Shown in pieces: positions 42,005-51,875 of a DNA stretch of 64,000 bases; position 1 is the stretch's first letter, and every line of letters starts with the position of its first letter. The DNA comes from Candidatus Saccharimonadota bacterium. Its GTDB lineage: Bacteria > Patescibacteriota > Saccharimonadia > Saccharimonadales > Saccharimonadaceae. Below the pieces are notes generated by a model. That model saw nothing but the letters and a program-made list of their open reading frames with translations, was not told the DNA's origin and did not search any database. A program made the position numbers and the translations under genes. The stretch is taken from positions 16,849 to 80,848 of the forward strand of contig JABCON020000002.1 in NCBI GenBank assembly GCA_013333595.2, written 5' to 3'.

Positions 42005-45000
42005 CTAGAACCGCGGTGGTAAATCCTGCAGGCTGGTGGTAATAAGCCGCTGCGGTTGGATCGTACTGCCCCCTGCCCCGGTGCTGCGGCCCCGAGTGCT
42101 GGTGTAGTGCTGGGCCCATAGGTAAGCATCTGGCCGCAGCGTAAAGGTTTCGGCAGCGGTGCTTTGGTGGGCCTTACCATTCGATTCAGTGTTTTGGTCG
42201 CGGCCGCCACTGCGGCGTAGGTACAGCTGCCCTGCTACCACCGGGCCGTTGATCGTCAGTTGGTTATAGCAAGCCCAGTCATGCCCGCGGGGGGTTTGGT
42301 CATTGCCTGGTAGTAGGCAGGTATTGAGCTTGCCCCGTGGTGCGAGTAGCCAGGCATCCACGCGGTTCGTAGCAGGAGCCACAGCAATGGTATAGGCACC
42401 ATGCTGCCCACTGCTGGGGGCGAGTACTACTTGGGCGAGCGCGGCTATGGTGGGGTACTCCTTCTTGAGCTCGATGTTTTCGGCAATGGTTAGGTGGGCG
42501 CCATCATCCACCAGCAGGATAATAGACTTACCATCATCCAGCTGCCCACCACCCGCAATGGTAACGTGGCTGCCGCGGCGAATATGGTAGACCCCAGCCG
42601 GCAGGCGGTTCAGCACCAGCTTGCCATCGTGGTATAGGCTTGGTGTAACGGGGGTGGCGGTGGCCGTTAAGCTACCAAATTGCCCAGCCATACGGGCAAG
42701 CTCACCATCGACGGTACCGAATGATCCATACGCCTTGATACCTCCTGCCCGTGGCTGGTTGGCAAAGCTAAGCGGCCCAATATCGTGCTGGGGACTCGGC
42801 AGGCCAACCCGGTAGCCAGCACCACTGGCAAAGCCAATAATCTCTTGCCCGGCAATGGCGCCGTATTCCACCCAGCTACCATAGGTGCGCTTAGGTTTTG
42901 GATCCTGGCCGCTTAGCAAAAACTCTTTTTCGTTCGTGAGGGTGCGGATACTACCGCCTGCCATAATATCGCCACCCCGCACCTGGAAACTAGGCTTATA
43001 GCCAGAGGTGGTACACTCAAGCCGCGAAAGGTAGCGTCCATCTGGTGGCGCTTGGTAGTTGGGGTTATAATTGGGGGCGTTTTTGTAGTAGCTTTGGCCG
43101 GCAAATTTAATATCGTTGGTTAGGTTGCTAATATACGTGGCGTAGCAATATTTGGTACCGGGTGGGCTATCGGCTGGGATATGGACTTCGAGCCGGCCGT
43201 GTTCATCCACCTGGCGGTCGCTACCTAGGCTGGCCCCTTTCAGCAGGTTAATAGTTTTGGTGCTTTCGCTGGCGGTAATGGGCAGCTCTGGGCCTAGTTC
43301 GCTGCAGCGCTCCACGCCACCAGCTTCATCACCCAGCTTGCCCTTTAACAGGTTACATACCTGGCCCGGCTCTAGGCCGTTGAAGGACTCATCAAACCCA
43401 TTATTCTGCCGGGTGTAGCCACTACCTGCCCCGGCCCGGATGGCTTGGGCGAGTGTGCCAGGCTTAAGCACCATTTCGATCAGGCGGGCGCGGGCAAACG
43501 GCTGGTTGGTGCGGGTATTGACGGTGCTGCCGCCACTATGCTCGGCGGGGGTGTAGCGGCCGTACTGGTTATAGCCGTGCTTAGCCACCTGCGGTGTAAT
43601 GCGGAAGCGGTTGCCATCTGGTGTGATATTAGCGCGTTCGATGTGGGGGCTGAGGCGGTAGGGCTTGGTGAGTTTAAGGTACAGGTGCGGGAAGACTCGG
43701 CCGCTCGGCGGGGTGCCGCTCAGGCCGTCCATCCAACTGGTTTTGGATTTAGCCCAGTCAATTTGGCGGTTGTGGAGTGCACCAGGGAGCTCCACGCCGT
43801 CCTGGTATAGCTGGTAGTAGTACTGGAAACCATCGTGGTAGTCACGCGTGGTGGGGCGCGGTACCGGCAGCGGCGCTAAGGGGCTTGCTTGGCCACGGGT
43901 CGAGGCCGCCAGGTTGATGGTACCCCAGAACCATTCGCCGGAATTACCATTTGCCAGCAAGCCAATATCACCAATGGTGCCTGGCCCAAACCGCAGTGCA
44001 CTGGTGGTGCCGTGGTTGTAACGCACCAGGCTATCCTTACCATTGCGACTGGCGGGGAATAGACTGATGCCATCCTGCGAGGCTCGGCCGGTCGTTAGCA
44101 TAGTTTGGCGGCTGATGCTACTACCTGGTATGTAAAAAGCATTGCCCTCACCCACCACCGAAAACGCATAGGCCGGTATGCGCCCGGTTTGGTTGCTGGC
44201 ATCCTGGCTGGGGTAGCACTGGTCGGCTGCGTTGTTGCCGTTCACCTGGTACTGGCGTGTGCCAGCCTGTAAAACACCGCGGCTTGCAAGCAGCGGCGCC
44301 AGCGTTTTGCTGATATCAGCTTGGCTGCTACCATTCCGTAGCTGGCTCAGGGCTGTGAGTGTGCGCCACTGGGCCTCTGTGGGCAGGTTGCTGGCAGCTT
44401 GGGCGAGTAGCGTGCTATGTACCGCCGAACGCTGAATATCGCGTGCCAGTACCCCGGCGTATTGCTGGGGCTGCTGATGAGCAGCGATGTGTGGCGTGTT
44501 GCCAGCAAGCTCACGCTGGGCGGTCTCGATATCCCCTTTATGGTTGGTGAGGGCTGGTAGCTGCGGCCAGCCATCGGCCCCCAGGATTGCCGCCCGCTGG
44601 TATAGGAGCGGGTTGGCTGCTGGGCCTTCTACCCCACTGAATGAGTGCGGGCTGGCAAACGCATGCCGCAGCCAGGCTGCGCTGGGCACTGGCGTCGTAG
44701 CAAAACGGAAGCTATAGGCGTAGCCAACGGGCTCGGCAGCCGCCTTACCACTGCGGTGGTAGGTGCCGTCGGCATTAGCCTGCACAATACTGCTATCGTC
44801 CTGGTCCCAGTCGTAAATTGGAATCCGCACAATGGCGTTCACCAGCTGCTGCGTCGTATTGGCGTAGCAGTTATCATCAGCCAGGCCTTTATGGGCGCGG
44901 TATGACCCGCCGCTTGCTGCTACTGGTGTGCTTGGGCGGGCGAGTGTAAGGCACAGCAAAATTGCTACGGCACATAGCCATACGCCCCACCTACCTCGTT

Positions 45001-45019
45001 GCCGCCAGTGCTTATGCAT
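42005..45019 (-). CDS. large secreted/surface protein (about 1000 aa)
   Basis: Signal peptide (VWLCAVAILLCLTLA...VAA), several Cys, Gly/Tyr-rich; no recognised catalytic motif. Confidence 0.75.
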   Translation of the reverse strand: MHKHWRQRGRWGVWLCAVAILLCLTLARPSTPVAASGGSYRAHKGLADDNCYANTTQQLVNAIVRIPIYDWDQDDSSIVQANADGTYHRSGKAAAEPVGYAYSFRFATTPVPSAAWLRHAFASPHSFSGVEGPAANPLLYQRAAILGADGWPQLPALTNHKGDIETAQRELAGNTPHIAAHQQPQQYAGVLARDIQRSAVHSTLLAQAASNLPTEAQWRTLTALSQLRNGSSQADISKTLAPLLASRGVLQAGTRQYQVNGNNAADQCYPSQDASNQTGRIPAYAFSVVGEGNAFYIPGSSISRQTMLTTGRASQDGISLFPASRNGKDSLVRYNHGTTSALRFGPGTIGDIGLLANGNSGEWFWGTINLAASTRGQASPLAPLPVPRPTTRDYHDGFQYYYQLYQDGVELPGALHNRQIDWAKSKTSWMDGLSGTPPSGRVFPHLYLKLTKPYRLSPHIERANITPDGNRFRITPQVAKHGYNQYGRYTPAEHSGGSTVNTRTNQPFARARLIEMVLKPGTLAQAIRAGAGSGYTRQNNGFDESFNGLEPGQVCNLLKGKLGDEAGGVERCSELGPELPITASESTKTINLLKGASLGSDRQVDEHGRLEVHIPADSPPGTKYCYATYISNLTNDIKFAGQSYYKNAPNYNPNYQAPPDGRYLSRLECTTSGYKPSFQVRGGDIMAGGSIRTLTNEKEFLLSGQDPKPKRTYGSWVEYGAIAGQEIIGFASGAGYRVGLPSPQHDIGPLSFANQPRAGGIKAYGSFGTVDGELARMAGQFGSLTATATPVTPSLYHDGKLVLNRLPAGVYHIRRGSHVTIAGGGQLDDGKSIILLVDDGAHLTIAENIELKKEYPTIAALAQVVLAPSSGQHGAYTIAVAPATNRVDAWLLAPRGKLNTCLLPGNDQTPRGHDWACYNQLTINGPVVAGQLYLRRSGGRDQNTESNGKAHQSTAAETFTLRPDAYLWAQHYTSTRGRSTGAGGSTIQPQRLITTSLQDLPPRF

Positions 45020-45097
45020 AGTTGCTTTCAATTGTAGCCACAAGCGCGTGGTTTGTAAAGTTTGGCCCCCTGTGGCGGCAGGCCGTATAATAGGGAT

Positions 45098-47446
45098 ATG
45101 ACGACACAAGAATTCCTGACGATTATCCGCCGCAATTTCCTGGTACCGGTTGTAATTGCGGTCTATGCCCTGGCCTGTATTTTGCTGCTGCTGGGCGAGT
45201 ACCGCGATGCCTGGTTTGTGGCGGTGGTTATTAGTATTAATGTGATTATTGGTGTGGTGCAGGAGATTCGGGCTCGCTATGCGCTCAAAAAGCTGGAGCT
45301 GATGAGCGCCCCCCGCGCCCGCCGCTTGCTGCCGGATGGTGCGACGGAGGATATCCTCTATAGCCAGCTTGCCGTGGGTGACCAGATTCAGCTGATGGCT
45401 GGCGATGAACTGCCGGCTGACGGTGAACTACTCACCAGCCAGGGGCTTGAGGTTGACGAAAGTATCTTAACGGGTGAATCAGTTGCAATCGAAAAGCCCC
45501 GCGGCGCCACCGTGCTTGCGAGTAGCGTGGTGGTGGCTGGTACGGCCACGGCTCGGGTAACGGCTGTGGGCGACGCTACAGCAGCTGGGCGTATGACGGC
45601 CAAGCTGCGCACGTACGACCCAGAGCTGACCCCACTGCAGCGCCATATCGCTACCGCTATTACCATGTTAACCTACGGCGCGATTGGCCTGAGTATCCTG
45701 GTGGCAGCGGTTTACCTGCTGCATGGTATGGACGTAGTCAGCATCTTTAAAACCATCACCAGTGGGGCGGTGGCGATTATTCCTGAGGGCTTGCTGCTTG
45801 CCAGTACGCTCTTTTTGGCGTACGGATCCCTGCGTCTTGCGGCCGCTAAGGTACTACCCCAAAAGCTCAGCGCAATTGAGGCCATGGCTATGCTCAATGT
45901 GCTGTGTACTGATAAAACCGGCACTCTAACGGAGCCCGAGGTTACCTTCCAGTCCTACGAGCCACTGGTGGATGACCAGGTAGAATACCACCGCCAGCTG
46001 ATTGGTATTGCCGCCGAGCAGACCGGCCCAGGTAATAGCACCGGCGAGGCAATCATGGCTGGCTTCCCTGCCCCGAGCGACCGCCACGTGAGCCAGGTGC
46101 TGGCCTTTAGCTCGGAGCGAAAGCTCAGTGGTGTGACGGCGCGCTACGCTGGCTACCAGCCTACCACGATTATTATGGGGGCACCGGAGTTCGTGGGCCG
46201 CTATGCGCCGCTTAATCAGGCCCAGCAGCAGCGGGTGGCTGCCCTAGCTGGTGAAGGTAAGCGGGTACTGCTCGCTGCCATACTCACCCCTGGTACAGAT
46301 GATATTAAGGCAGCCTTGAGCCCTGGCGCACAGTTTACGCCAATTGGCTTGATTATTCTTGCTAATGGTTTGCGGCCCGGGGTGGTTGATACGGTGCGCT
46401 ACCTGCAGGCCCAGGGTGTGTCTATCCGCGTTATTAGTGGCGATAACCCCGCGACCGTCAGTGCAATTGCCCAGCAAGCCGGGGTAGCGAACCCCCATGC
46501 CACCATGACTGGCCAGCAACTAGCTGAGCTACCAGAGGCCCAGTGGGCCCACGCCGTGGCCAATACGACGATCTTTGCCCGCGTTCTGCCAGAGCAAAAA
46601 GAGCGCCTGATTGCAACCTTACAAGCCAGCGGCGCCTTCGTCGGTATGGTGGGTGATGGCGTGAACGATGCTCTGGCGCTCAAAAAGGCTGATCTTGGCG
46701 TGGCGATGTTTTCTGGTGCGGCAGCCAGCCGGCGGGTGGCGGACTTGGTGCTGCTGAATAATTCCTTCAATGCCCTGCCTGTGGGTATGCGTCTTGGTAA
46801 CCGTATCATGCAGGCGATTGAAATCATTGCCACGCTGTTCTTTCATAAAATCACCTACGCGATTGTCCTGCTACTGCTGACTATGGCGCTAGGGCTAGTC
46901 TACCCGTTCCAGCCGCGGCACAATACCTTCCTGAACATGTTCCTGGTGACCTTCCCAACCATTATGTGGACGCTCCTGCCGCCACTCCCCCGCCACCGCG
47001 TTATGCCCCAATACTTTTGGCGTGACTGCGTGCGGGCGGTCCTGCCAATTGCAGCCCTGAGCGGGGCTGCGGTTGCAGCCAGCTACTGGTTACTCACCCA
47101 CGCTGCCGGCAGCGGCCACCAGGCTGGTATCGCTACCACGACGGTCCTGATTGCGGCTTGTTTTGGTATGTATATGGTGTTTTTGGTGCCGCGTATGTTC
47201 CCGCTGGTTATTCAGCGGCCAGCGCGCGTTGCCCAGGCGCTATATGTGCTGGCGTCGGTGGCTACCTTTACGGCTATATTTAGCCTGCCATGGGTGCGCA
47301 GCTTCTTTGATTTTACCCGGCCAGTGCTGCCGAGTGGCTCCTGGCTCGTGCTGCTTGTGGTAGGGCTGCTTGCCACGATGGCCGTGCAGTGGTATATTGC
47401 CCGCCGCGCTGGCCATAGCATTGCTGCCCGGCATACCAAAGCGTAA
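45098..47446 (+). CDS. P-type ATPase (CtpE-like cation transporter)
   Basis: TGES, IPEGL, DKTGTLT, SGDN, GDGVND. Confidence 0.93.
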   Translation: MTTQEFLTIIRRNFLVPVVIAVYALACILLLLGEYRDAWFVAVVISINVIIGVVQEIRARYALKKLELMSAPRARRLLPDGATEDILYSQLAVGDQIQLMAGDELPADGELLTSQGLEVDESILTGESVAIEKPRGATVLASSVVVAGTATARVTAVGDATAAGRMTAKLRTYDPELTPLQRHIATAITMLTYGAIGLSILVAAVYLLHGMDVVSIFKTITSGAVAIIPEGLLLASTLFLAYGSLRLAAAKVLPQKLSAIEAMAMLNVLCTDKTGTLTEPEVTFQSYEPLVDDQVEYHRQLIGIAAEQTGPGNSTGEAIMAGFPAPSDRHVSQVLAFSSERKLSGVTARYAGYQPTTIIMGAPEFVGRYAPLNQAQQQRVAALAGEGKRVLLAAILTPGTDDIKAALSPGAQFTPIGLIILANGLRPGVVDTVRYLQAQGVSIRVISGDNPATVSAIAQQAGVANPHATMTGQQLAELPEAQWAHAVANTTIFARVLPEQKERLIATLQASGAFVGMVGDGVNDALALKKADLGVAMFSGAAASRRVADLVLLNNSFNALPVGMRLGNRIMQAIEIIATLFFHKITYAIVLLLLTMALGLVYPFQPRHNTFLNMFLVTFPTIMWTLLPPLPRHRVMPQYFWRDCVRAVLPIAALSGAAVAASYWLLTHAAGSGHQAGIATTTVLIAACFGMYMVFLVPRMFPLVIQRPARVAQALYVLASVATFTAIFSLPWVRSFFDFTRPVLPSGSWLVLLVVGLLATMAVQWYIARRAGHSIAARHTKA

Positions 47447-47489
47447 GGCACCCCATCTGTGCATGAGATATCGCTGAGCCGCGTGCCCG

Positions 47490-50012
47490 CTAGGCTGTGC
47501 TTGCGGCAGCTATGCGGGTGCGGCAATACCACTTATGTGCTTCGCTGACGATAATTGGCGCCATAATCGCAACCAGGCTTGTCCAGGCAAGGTCTGTAAG
47601 GTCAACCGGTGCTAAGTGGAGTACCTGGCTGCCAAGCGGTGTTGCCAGGCTAGCGGCGTGCAGTGCCAGGGCAATCCCCAGCCCCAGGTAGAAGAGCGGC
47701 GCAGGCGTGCGCAGGCGTACCCATAGGGCGGTTGTGTCGCTGCGGGCGCTAAAGGCACTAGCTAGCTGCATAATCACCAGGAGGTTAAAAGCAATGGTGC
47801 GCGCGTAGGCAATATCGTGCTGAGCCATAAACCAGCTAAAGCCAGCGGTGGTAATCAGTGCCATCGTTAGGGCTGTGAGTACCATACGCACAATCAGGCT
47901 GCGCGGCAGGAGTGGCGCTCGCGGGTCGATTGGTTTATGAGTGAGGACATTGCCCGCTTCTGGTTCAAGCCCCAGTGGGATCACCAGGCAGGAATCTGTC
48001 ACCAGGTTAACCCATAGAATTTGCACTGGCACCAGGGGTAGCGGCACGTTGCAGAGGAGCGAAATCAGCATCGTAAGCATTTCGCCAGCGTTGGTGCCAA
48101 GCAAGTAGTAGAGCATGCGGCGAATATTGCTAATGATTGTACGGCCTTCGCGCATGGCGGTGATGATTGTATTAAAGTTATCATCCAGCAGAATAATATC
48201 GCCTGTTTCGCGCGCAATGCTGGCGCCGCTCCCCATACTGAGGCCGACGTGGGCGCTGCGCAGGGCGGGCACATCGTTGACGCCATCACCAGTCATGGCG
48301 GTGATGTGACGTTGCTTGAGCGCCTGTAGGATGCGGTACTTTTGCTCCGGCAACACGCGGGCAAACACACGCACATCAGCCAGAGCCTCGGCAAGCTCAT
48401 CGTCGCCGAGGTCATCAATCCGGCGGCTATCAAAAACCTGCTCGCGCCGGGTAGCCATCCCTAGCTGCTGGGCAATAAAGAAGGCTGTATCGACGTGGTC
48501 GCCAGTAATCATGCGTACGGTTACGCCAGCCTGCTGAGCCTGCGTAATTGCTCGCTTAGCCTCTGGGCGTAGCTGGTCGGCCACTGCTATAAAACCATCC
48601 AGCTGCAGTGGCAGGGTGGCGACGTCATCCAGGCTTGCTGGTGCCTGCTCCATCTGAGTATGGGCCAGGCCAATCACGCGGTAGCCTTGGGCAGTGAGCT
48701 GGTTCAGCGCTGTCTGGGCGGTACGACGCTGAGCGTGGTTAAGGCGGCAGTGGGCCAGGATCTGCTCTGGCGCACCCTTGACGGCAAGCTGCAGGGTGCC
48801 CCCGGTTTGCCACAGGTTAGCGCTCAGGGCTTGTTCCTGGCTAAACGGGTAGCTTGTATGGGGTTTACCGGCTGGCGTGGCGTGCTGCTCGGTAAGGTAG
48901 GTGGCCATCGCGCTATCGAGGGGGTCGGTGCCGTGGCTACTACTAGCCTGGGTAATGCTACGGGCAATAGCTGGCAGGATCAGCCCCGGCCGCGGTTCCC
49001 AGGTCTGCTCAAGTGCTAGCTTATTGTACGTCAGTGTGCCGGTTTTATCAGTTGCAATGGTCGTAATGGCACCAATGGCTTCAATCGAGCGCATGGTTTG
49101 CACCAGTGCGTTGCGCCCAGCCATACGCCGCATACCCAGCACCAGCACAACCGATATTGCAATCGGCAGGCTTTCTGGCACTGCCGAAACCGCCATGGCC
49201 AGCACAAAGCGCAGTGCCTCCACCAGCTCCATGCCACGCAGTAGCGCCAACCCAAAGGTAATGGCACTCAGCCCAAGCACAACCATAATAATCTGGCGGA
49301 TTAAGGCATCAATCTTTTGCTGGATAGGACTGGGCTCATTCTTGCGGGCAGCTAGCCCAGCTACCGTACCAAATTCAGTGGCGTTACTGGTGGCGCTTAC
49401 CACCATACTCGCACTGCCTGCCGCCACAAACGACCCCTGGTAGAGCATATTGGTGCGCTCGTCAATACGGACTTCGCCCGTGAGTGGTGCGGTGGTTTTG
49501 GCAACCAAGTTACTTTCGCCGGTCAGCTGGGATTCGTTGATACGCAGGCTACTAGCCTGGATGAGCCGGCCATCAGCGGGGATCTTTTCGCCTTCGCTGA
49601 CATGCACGATATCACCTGGCACTAGCTGGCTGGCTGATAGTGCCTGCTCCCGCCCATCACGGGTCACAGTTACCTGCTGCTGGTTTTGGTCCCGCAGGGC
49701 TCGTAGTACACGCCGGGCAGAGGCAGTTTGGATATAAAAAATGCCGGCATTCACCAGCATAATACAACCAATAATCGCCGCATCAACAAACTCTTTATGC
49801 CACAGGCTTAGCCCAGCTGCCACTGCCAGCACGCACATGAATATATCGGCAAAGGGCTCGATAATCACCCGCCAGAGCGGTGTTTTTGGTGGCCTAAGCT
49901 CATTAGGGCCATGTGTTTGTAGGCGGCGGGCAGCCTGCGCGCTGCCAAGGCCGCGGCGCGAACTTCCTAGAGCCGCCAGAGCTGCTGCGGCGGTTTGGTT
50001 ATAATACTGCAT
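47490..50012 (-). CDS. P2-type (Ca2+-like) cation-transporting ATPase
   Basis: TGES, VPESLP, DKTGTLT, KGAPE, TGDH, GDGVND, QILWVNLVTD. Confidence 0.93.
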   Translation of the reverse strand: MQYYNQTAAAALAALGSSRRGLGSAQAARRLQTHGPNELRPPKTPLWRVIIEPFADIFMCVLAVAAGLSLWHKEFVDAAIIGCIMLVNAGIFYIQTASARRVLRALRDQNQQQVTVTRDGREQALSASQLVPGDIVHVSEGEKIPADGRLIQASSLRINESQLTGESNLVAKTTAPLTGEVRIDERTNMLYQGSFVAAGSASMVVSATSNATEFGTVAGLAARKNEPSPIQQKIDALIRQIIMVVLGLSAITFGLALLRGMELVEALRFVLAMAVSAVPESLPIAISVVLVLGMRRMAGRNALVQTMRSIEAIGAITTIATDKTGTLTYNKLALEQTWEPRPGLILPAIARSITQASSSHGTDPLDSAMATYLTEQHATPAGKPHTSYPFSQEQALSANLWQTGGTLQLAVKGAPEQILAHCRLNHAQRRTAQTALNQLTAQGYRVIGLAHTQMEQAPASLDDVATLPLQLDGFIAVADQLRPEAKRAITQAQQAGVTVRMITGDHVDTAFFIAQQLGMATRREQVFDSRRIDDLGDDELAEALADVRVFARVLPEQKYRILQALKQRHITAMTGDGVNDVPALRSAHVGLSMGSGASIARETGDIILLDDNFNTIITAMREGRTIISNIRRMLYYLLGTNAGEMLTMLISLLCNVPLPLVPVQILWVNLVTDSCLVIPLGLEPEAGNVLTHKPIDPRAPLLPRSLIVRMVLTALTMALITTAGFSWFMAQHDIAYARTIAFNLLVIMQLASAFSARSDTTALWVRLRTPAPLFYLGLGIALALHAASLATPLGSQVLHLAPVDLTDLAWTSLVAIMAPIIVSEAHKWYCRTRIAAASTA

Positions 50013-50096
50013 AGGGGTATTATAGCCGCTAGCAGTTTACGGGGCAATACTCACGCCGGTGGCAAGCTTAATCCGTCGGCTCGTTGCAGTAGTGGT

Positions 50097-50163
50097 GCCT
50101 CTTTCCAAAACCAACATCCCGCCCTTGGGGGGTATGGGCGAGATGCTGATTCTGAAAAGCGGC
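50097..50163 (-). ncRNA. long RNA hairpin, core of a candidate ncRNA
   Basis: 24-bp continuous stem (50101-50124/50136-50159); all 5 non-Watson-Crick pairs are G-U on the minus strand. Confidence 0.5.
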
Positions 50164-50241
50164 TCTATGCGCACAAGGCGCGAGTTTGTGGTGGACAACA
50201 TACGCGGCAAGTACAGGATTGATCAGCAAACGTGTTGTGGA

Positions 50242-50709
50242 CTAGCTAATACGGACTAGCTGTAGATTGTTAACCCGCAGGCCAACGCTCCACTCCACAA
50301 CTTCGTTGATGGTACGGCCGAGCAGCGTACGCCCCAGGGGGCTATCGACTGAAATGCGGCCATCGCTTGGGTTGGCTTCGATGCTTTCTACAAGTGTGTA
50401 GCGCACCAATCGCCCGTTTGAATCAACCAGGTCTACTACCGAGCCAAGGGCTACCTTAAAGGCATCGCGGCGGCGTGGTAGTAGCTTGGCGTTATCGAGC
50501 TGGGCTCGCTTTTCGCGTAGCTGCACCTCAAGTGCATCTACCTTAGCGAGTTGCTCAATACGCATAAAGCGCTCCTCGTGAGAACTGGTTTTGTCCATAT
50601 CGCGCAAAATTGCCTGCTCGCGTGTAATCGAGTGTTCAATATGTGCGATAGTTTTTTTAAGCTCCTTTATACCCTTTTTGCTTAGGTACACAGTTTCACG
50701 TGTTGTCAT
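50242..50709 (-). CDS. GreA/GreB-family transcription factor
   Basis: VYLSKKGIKELK, VALGSVV, EANPSDGRISVDSPLGRTLLG; SD GGAGG. Confidence 0.85.
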   Translation of the reverse strand: MTTRETVYLSKKGIKELKKTIAHIEHSITREQAILRDMDKTSSHEERFMRIEQLAKVDALEVQLREKRAQLDNAKLLPRRRDAFKVALGSVVDLVDSNGRLVRYTLVESIEANPSDGRISVDSPLGRTLLGRTINEVVEWSVGLRVNNLQLVRIS

Positions 50710-50755
50710 GGTTTCTACCTCCATTGTTATAGCCTTTCGCAAGGCTATGTATGGC

Positions 50756-50787
50756 AGTATGCCATCTCGGTCTGAAAAAATGCTGAA
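50756..50787 (-). promoter_or_regulatory. putative OmpR/PhoB-type box plus -10
   Basis: TTCAG-N6-TTCAG (11-bp period) ending 10 nt upstream of CATACT (extended TG). Confidence 0.45.
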
Positions 50788-50861
50788 TACGTGGCCGGTA
50801 TTGTAAATTTTACGTGCTTATGCTTAGCGGTAGGCGCTGCCGCACCACTGTAGTGGCACCC

Positions 50862-51872
50862 CTACCCCAGGGGTAGCCGCGCCGTAAAGGAGGTGGTTTT
50901 GCCAGGTGTACTATAAACCGTAATATCGCCGTAGTGGAGGTTGACAATTTTATGTGCCAGCGCCAGCCCAAGGCCGTAACCACTCTTGGTGCTATTGGTG
51001 CCGCTGGTTTCTGCCCGGTAAAAACGGCCAAAAATATGCGGCATGTCTTCTTTGCTAATGCCTGCCCCGGTATTGCTGACCTCGAGGCAGGCGCGGTGGT
51101 TGCGCCGCATCAAACGGACTCGCACGGGCGTACCTGGTGTGCGGTATTTGAGCGCGTTATCAATCAAGATGATCATCAGCTCGGTGATCATTTCGTAGTT
51201 GCCATGGATAATCATCGGCCGTTGTGGCTTGGTAACGATAATTTCATCTGGGTCGCGCGCAAGGGCGCTCAGAGCGCTTGCCAGGGCGTCCTGCAAGGTA
51301 ATGGTAATGTGGTTGATATCGTCGTCTTCCATACGGGCTAGCTTGAGGAGGCTATTAGAAAGCGCCGAAAGCCGCTTGATTTCATCGAGCGTGCTGGTAA
51401 GTACGGCGCGGTAATCCTGCTTGGTAGCCTGGCGGTCGTACAGGGCGACCTCTATTTCGGTGCGGATGGCCGTCAGCGGTGTGCGCAGCTCGTGGCTGGC
51501 ATCGCTGGTAAAGCGGGCTTGGGCCTGGTGGGCTTCTTCGATCGGTTGCAGCGTGCGGCGGGCGCCCATGTAGCTAATCACACTCGCGAGCCCGAGGATG
51601 GCTAGGTTGGTGTAGAGCAAGGTCATCAGGCTGGTGCGGGCAGCGTCGTCTTCCTGACGGTTGCGTAGTTCGCCAAGGTCCACATCGCGCGGGATGGCAA
51701 TGTTGCTTGCCTCTAGCCGGGCATGCAGGGCACCAATCTTGGCCGTCAGCTCATTCATAGATAGACTATAGATGAGGAGGCTAAACATAATACTCAGCGT
51801 CATAATACCGGCCAGGTACCACACCGTCAGGCGGATGGTGGCCGAATGGAACATCGACTGAATATTATACAT
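50862..51872 (-). CDS. sensor histidine kinase
   Basis: Two TM segments, ASHELRTPL, ILIDNALKY, IFGRFYR, GYGLGLA. Confidence 0.93.
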   Translation of the reverse strand: MYNIQSMFHSATIRLTVWYLAGIMTLSIMFSLLIYSLSMNELTAKIGALHARLEASNIAIPRDVDLGELRNRQEDDAARTSLMTLLYTNLAILGLASVISYMGARRTLQPIEEAHQAQARFTSDASHELRTPLTAIRTEIEVALYDRQATKQDYRAVLTSTLDEIKRLSALSNSLLKLARMEDDDINHITITLQDALASALSALARDPDEIIVTKPQRPMIIHGNYEMITELMIILIDNALKYRTPGTPVRVRLMRRNHRACLEVSNTGAGISKEDMPHIFGRFYRAETSGTNSTKSGYGLGLALAHKIVNLHYGDITVYSTPGKTTSFTARLPLG

Positions 51873-51875
51873 CTG

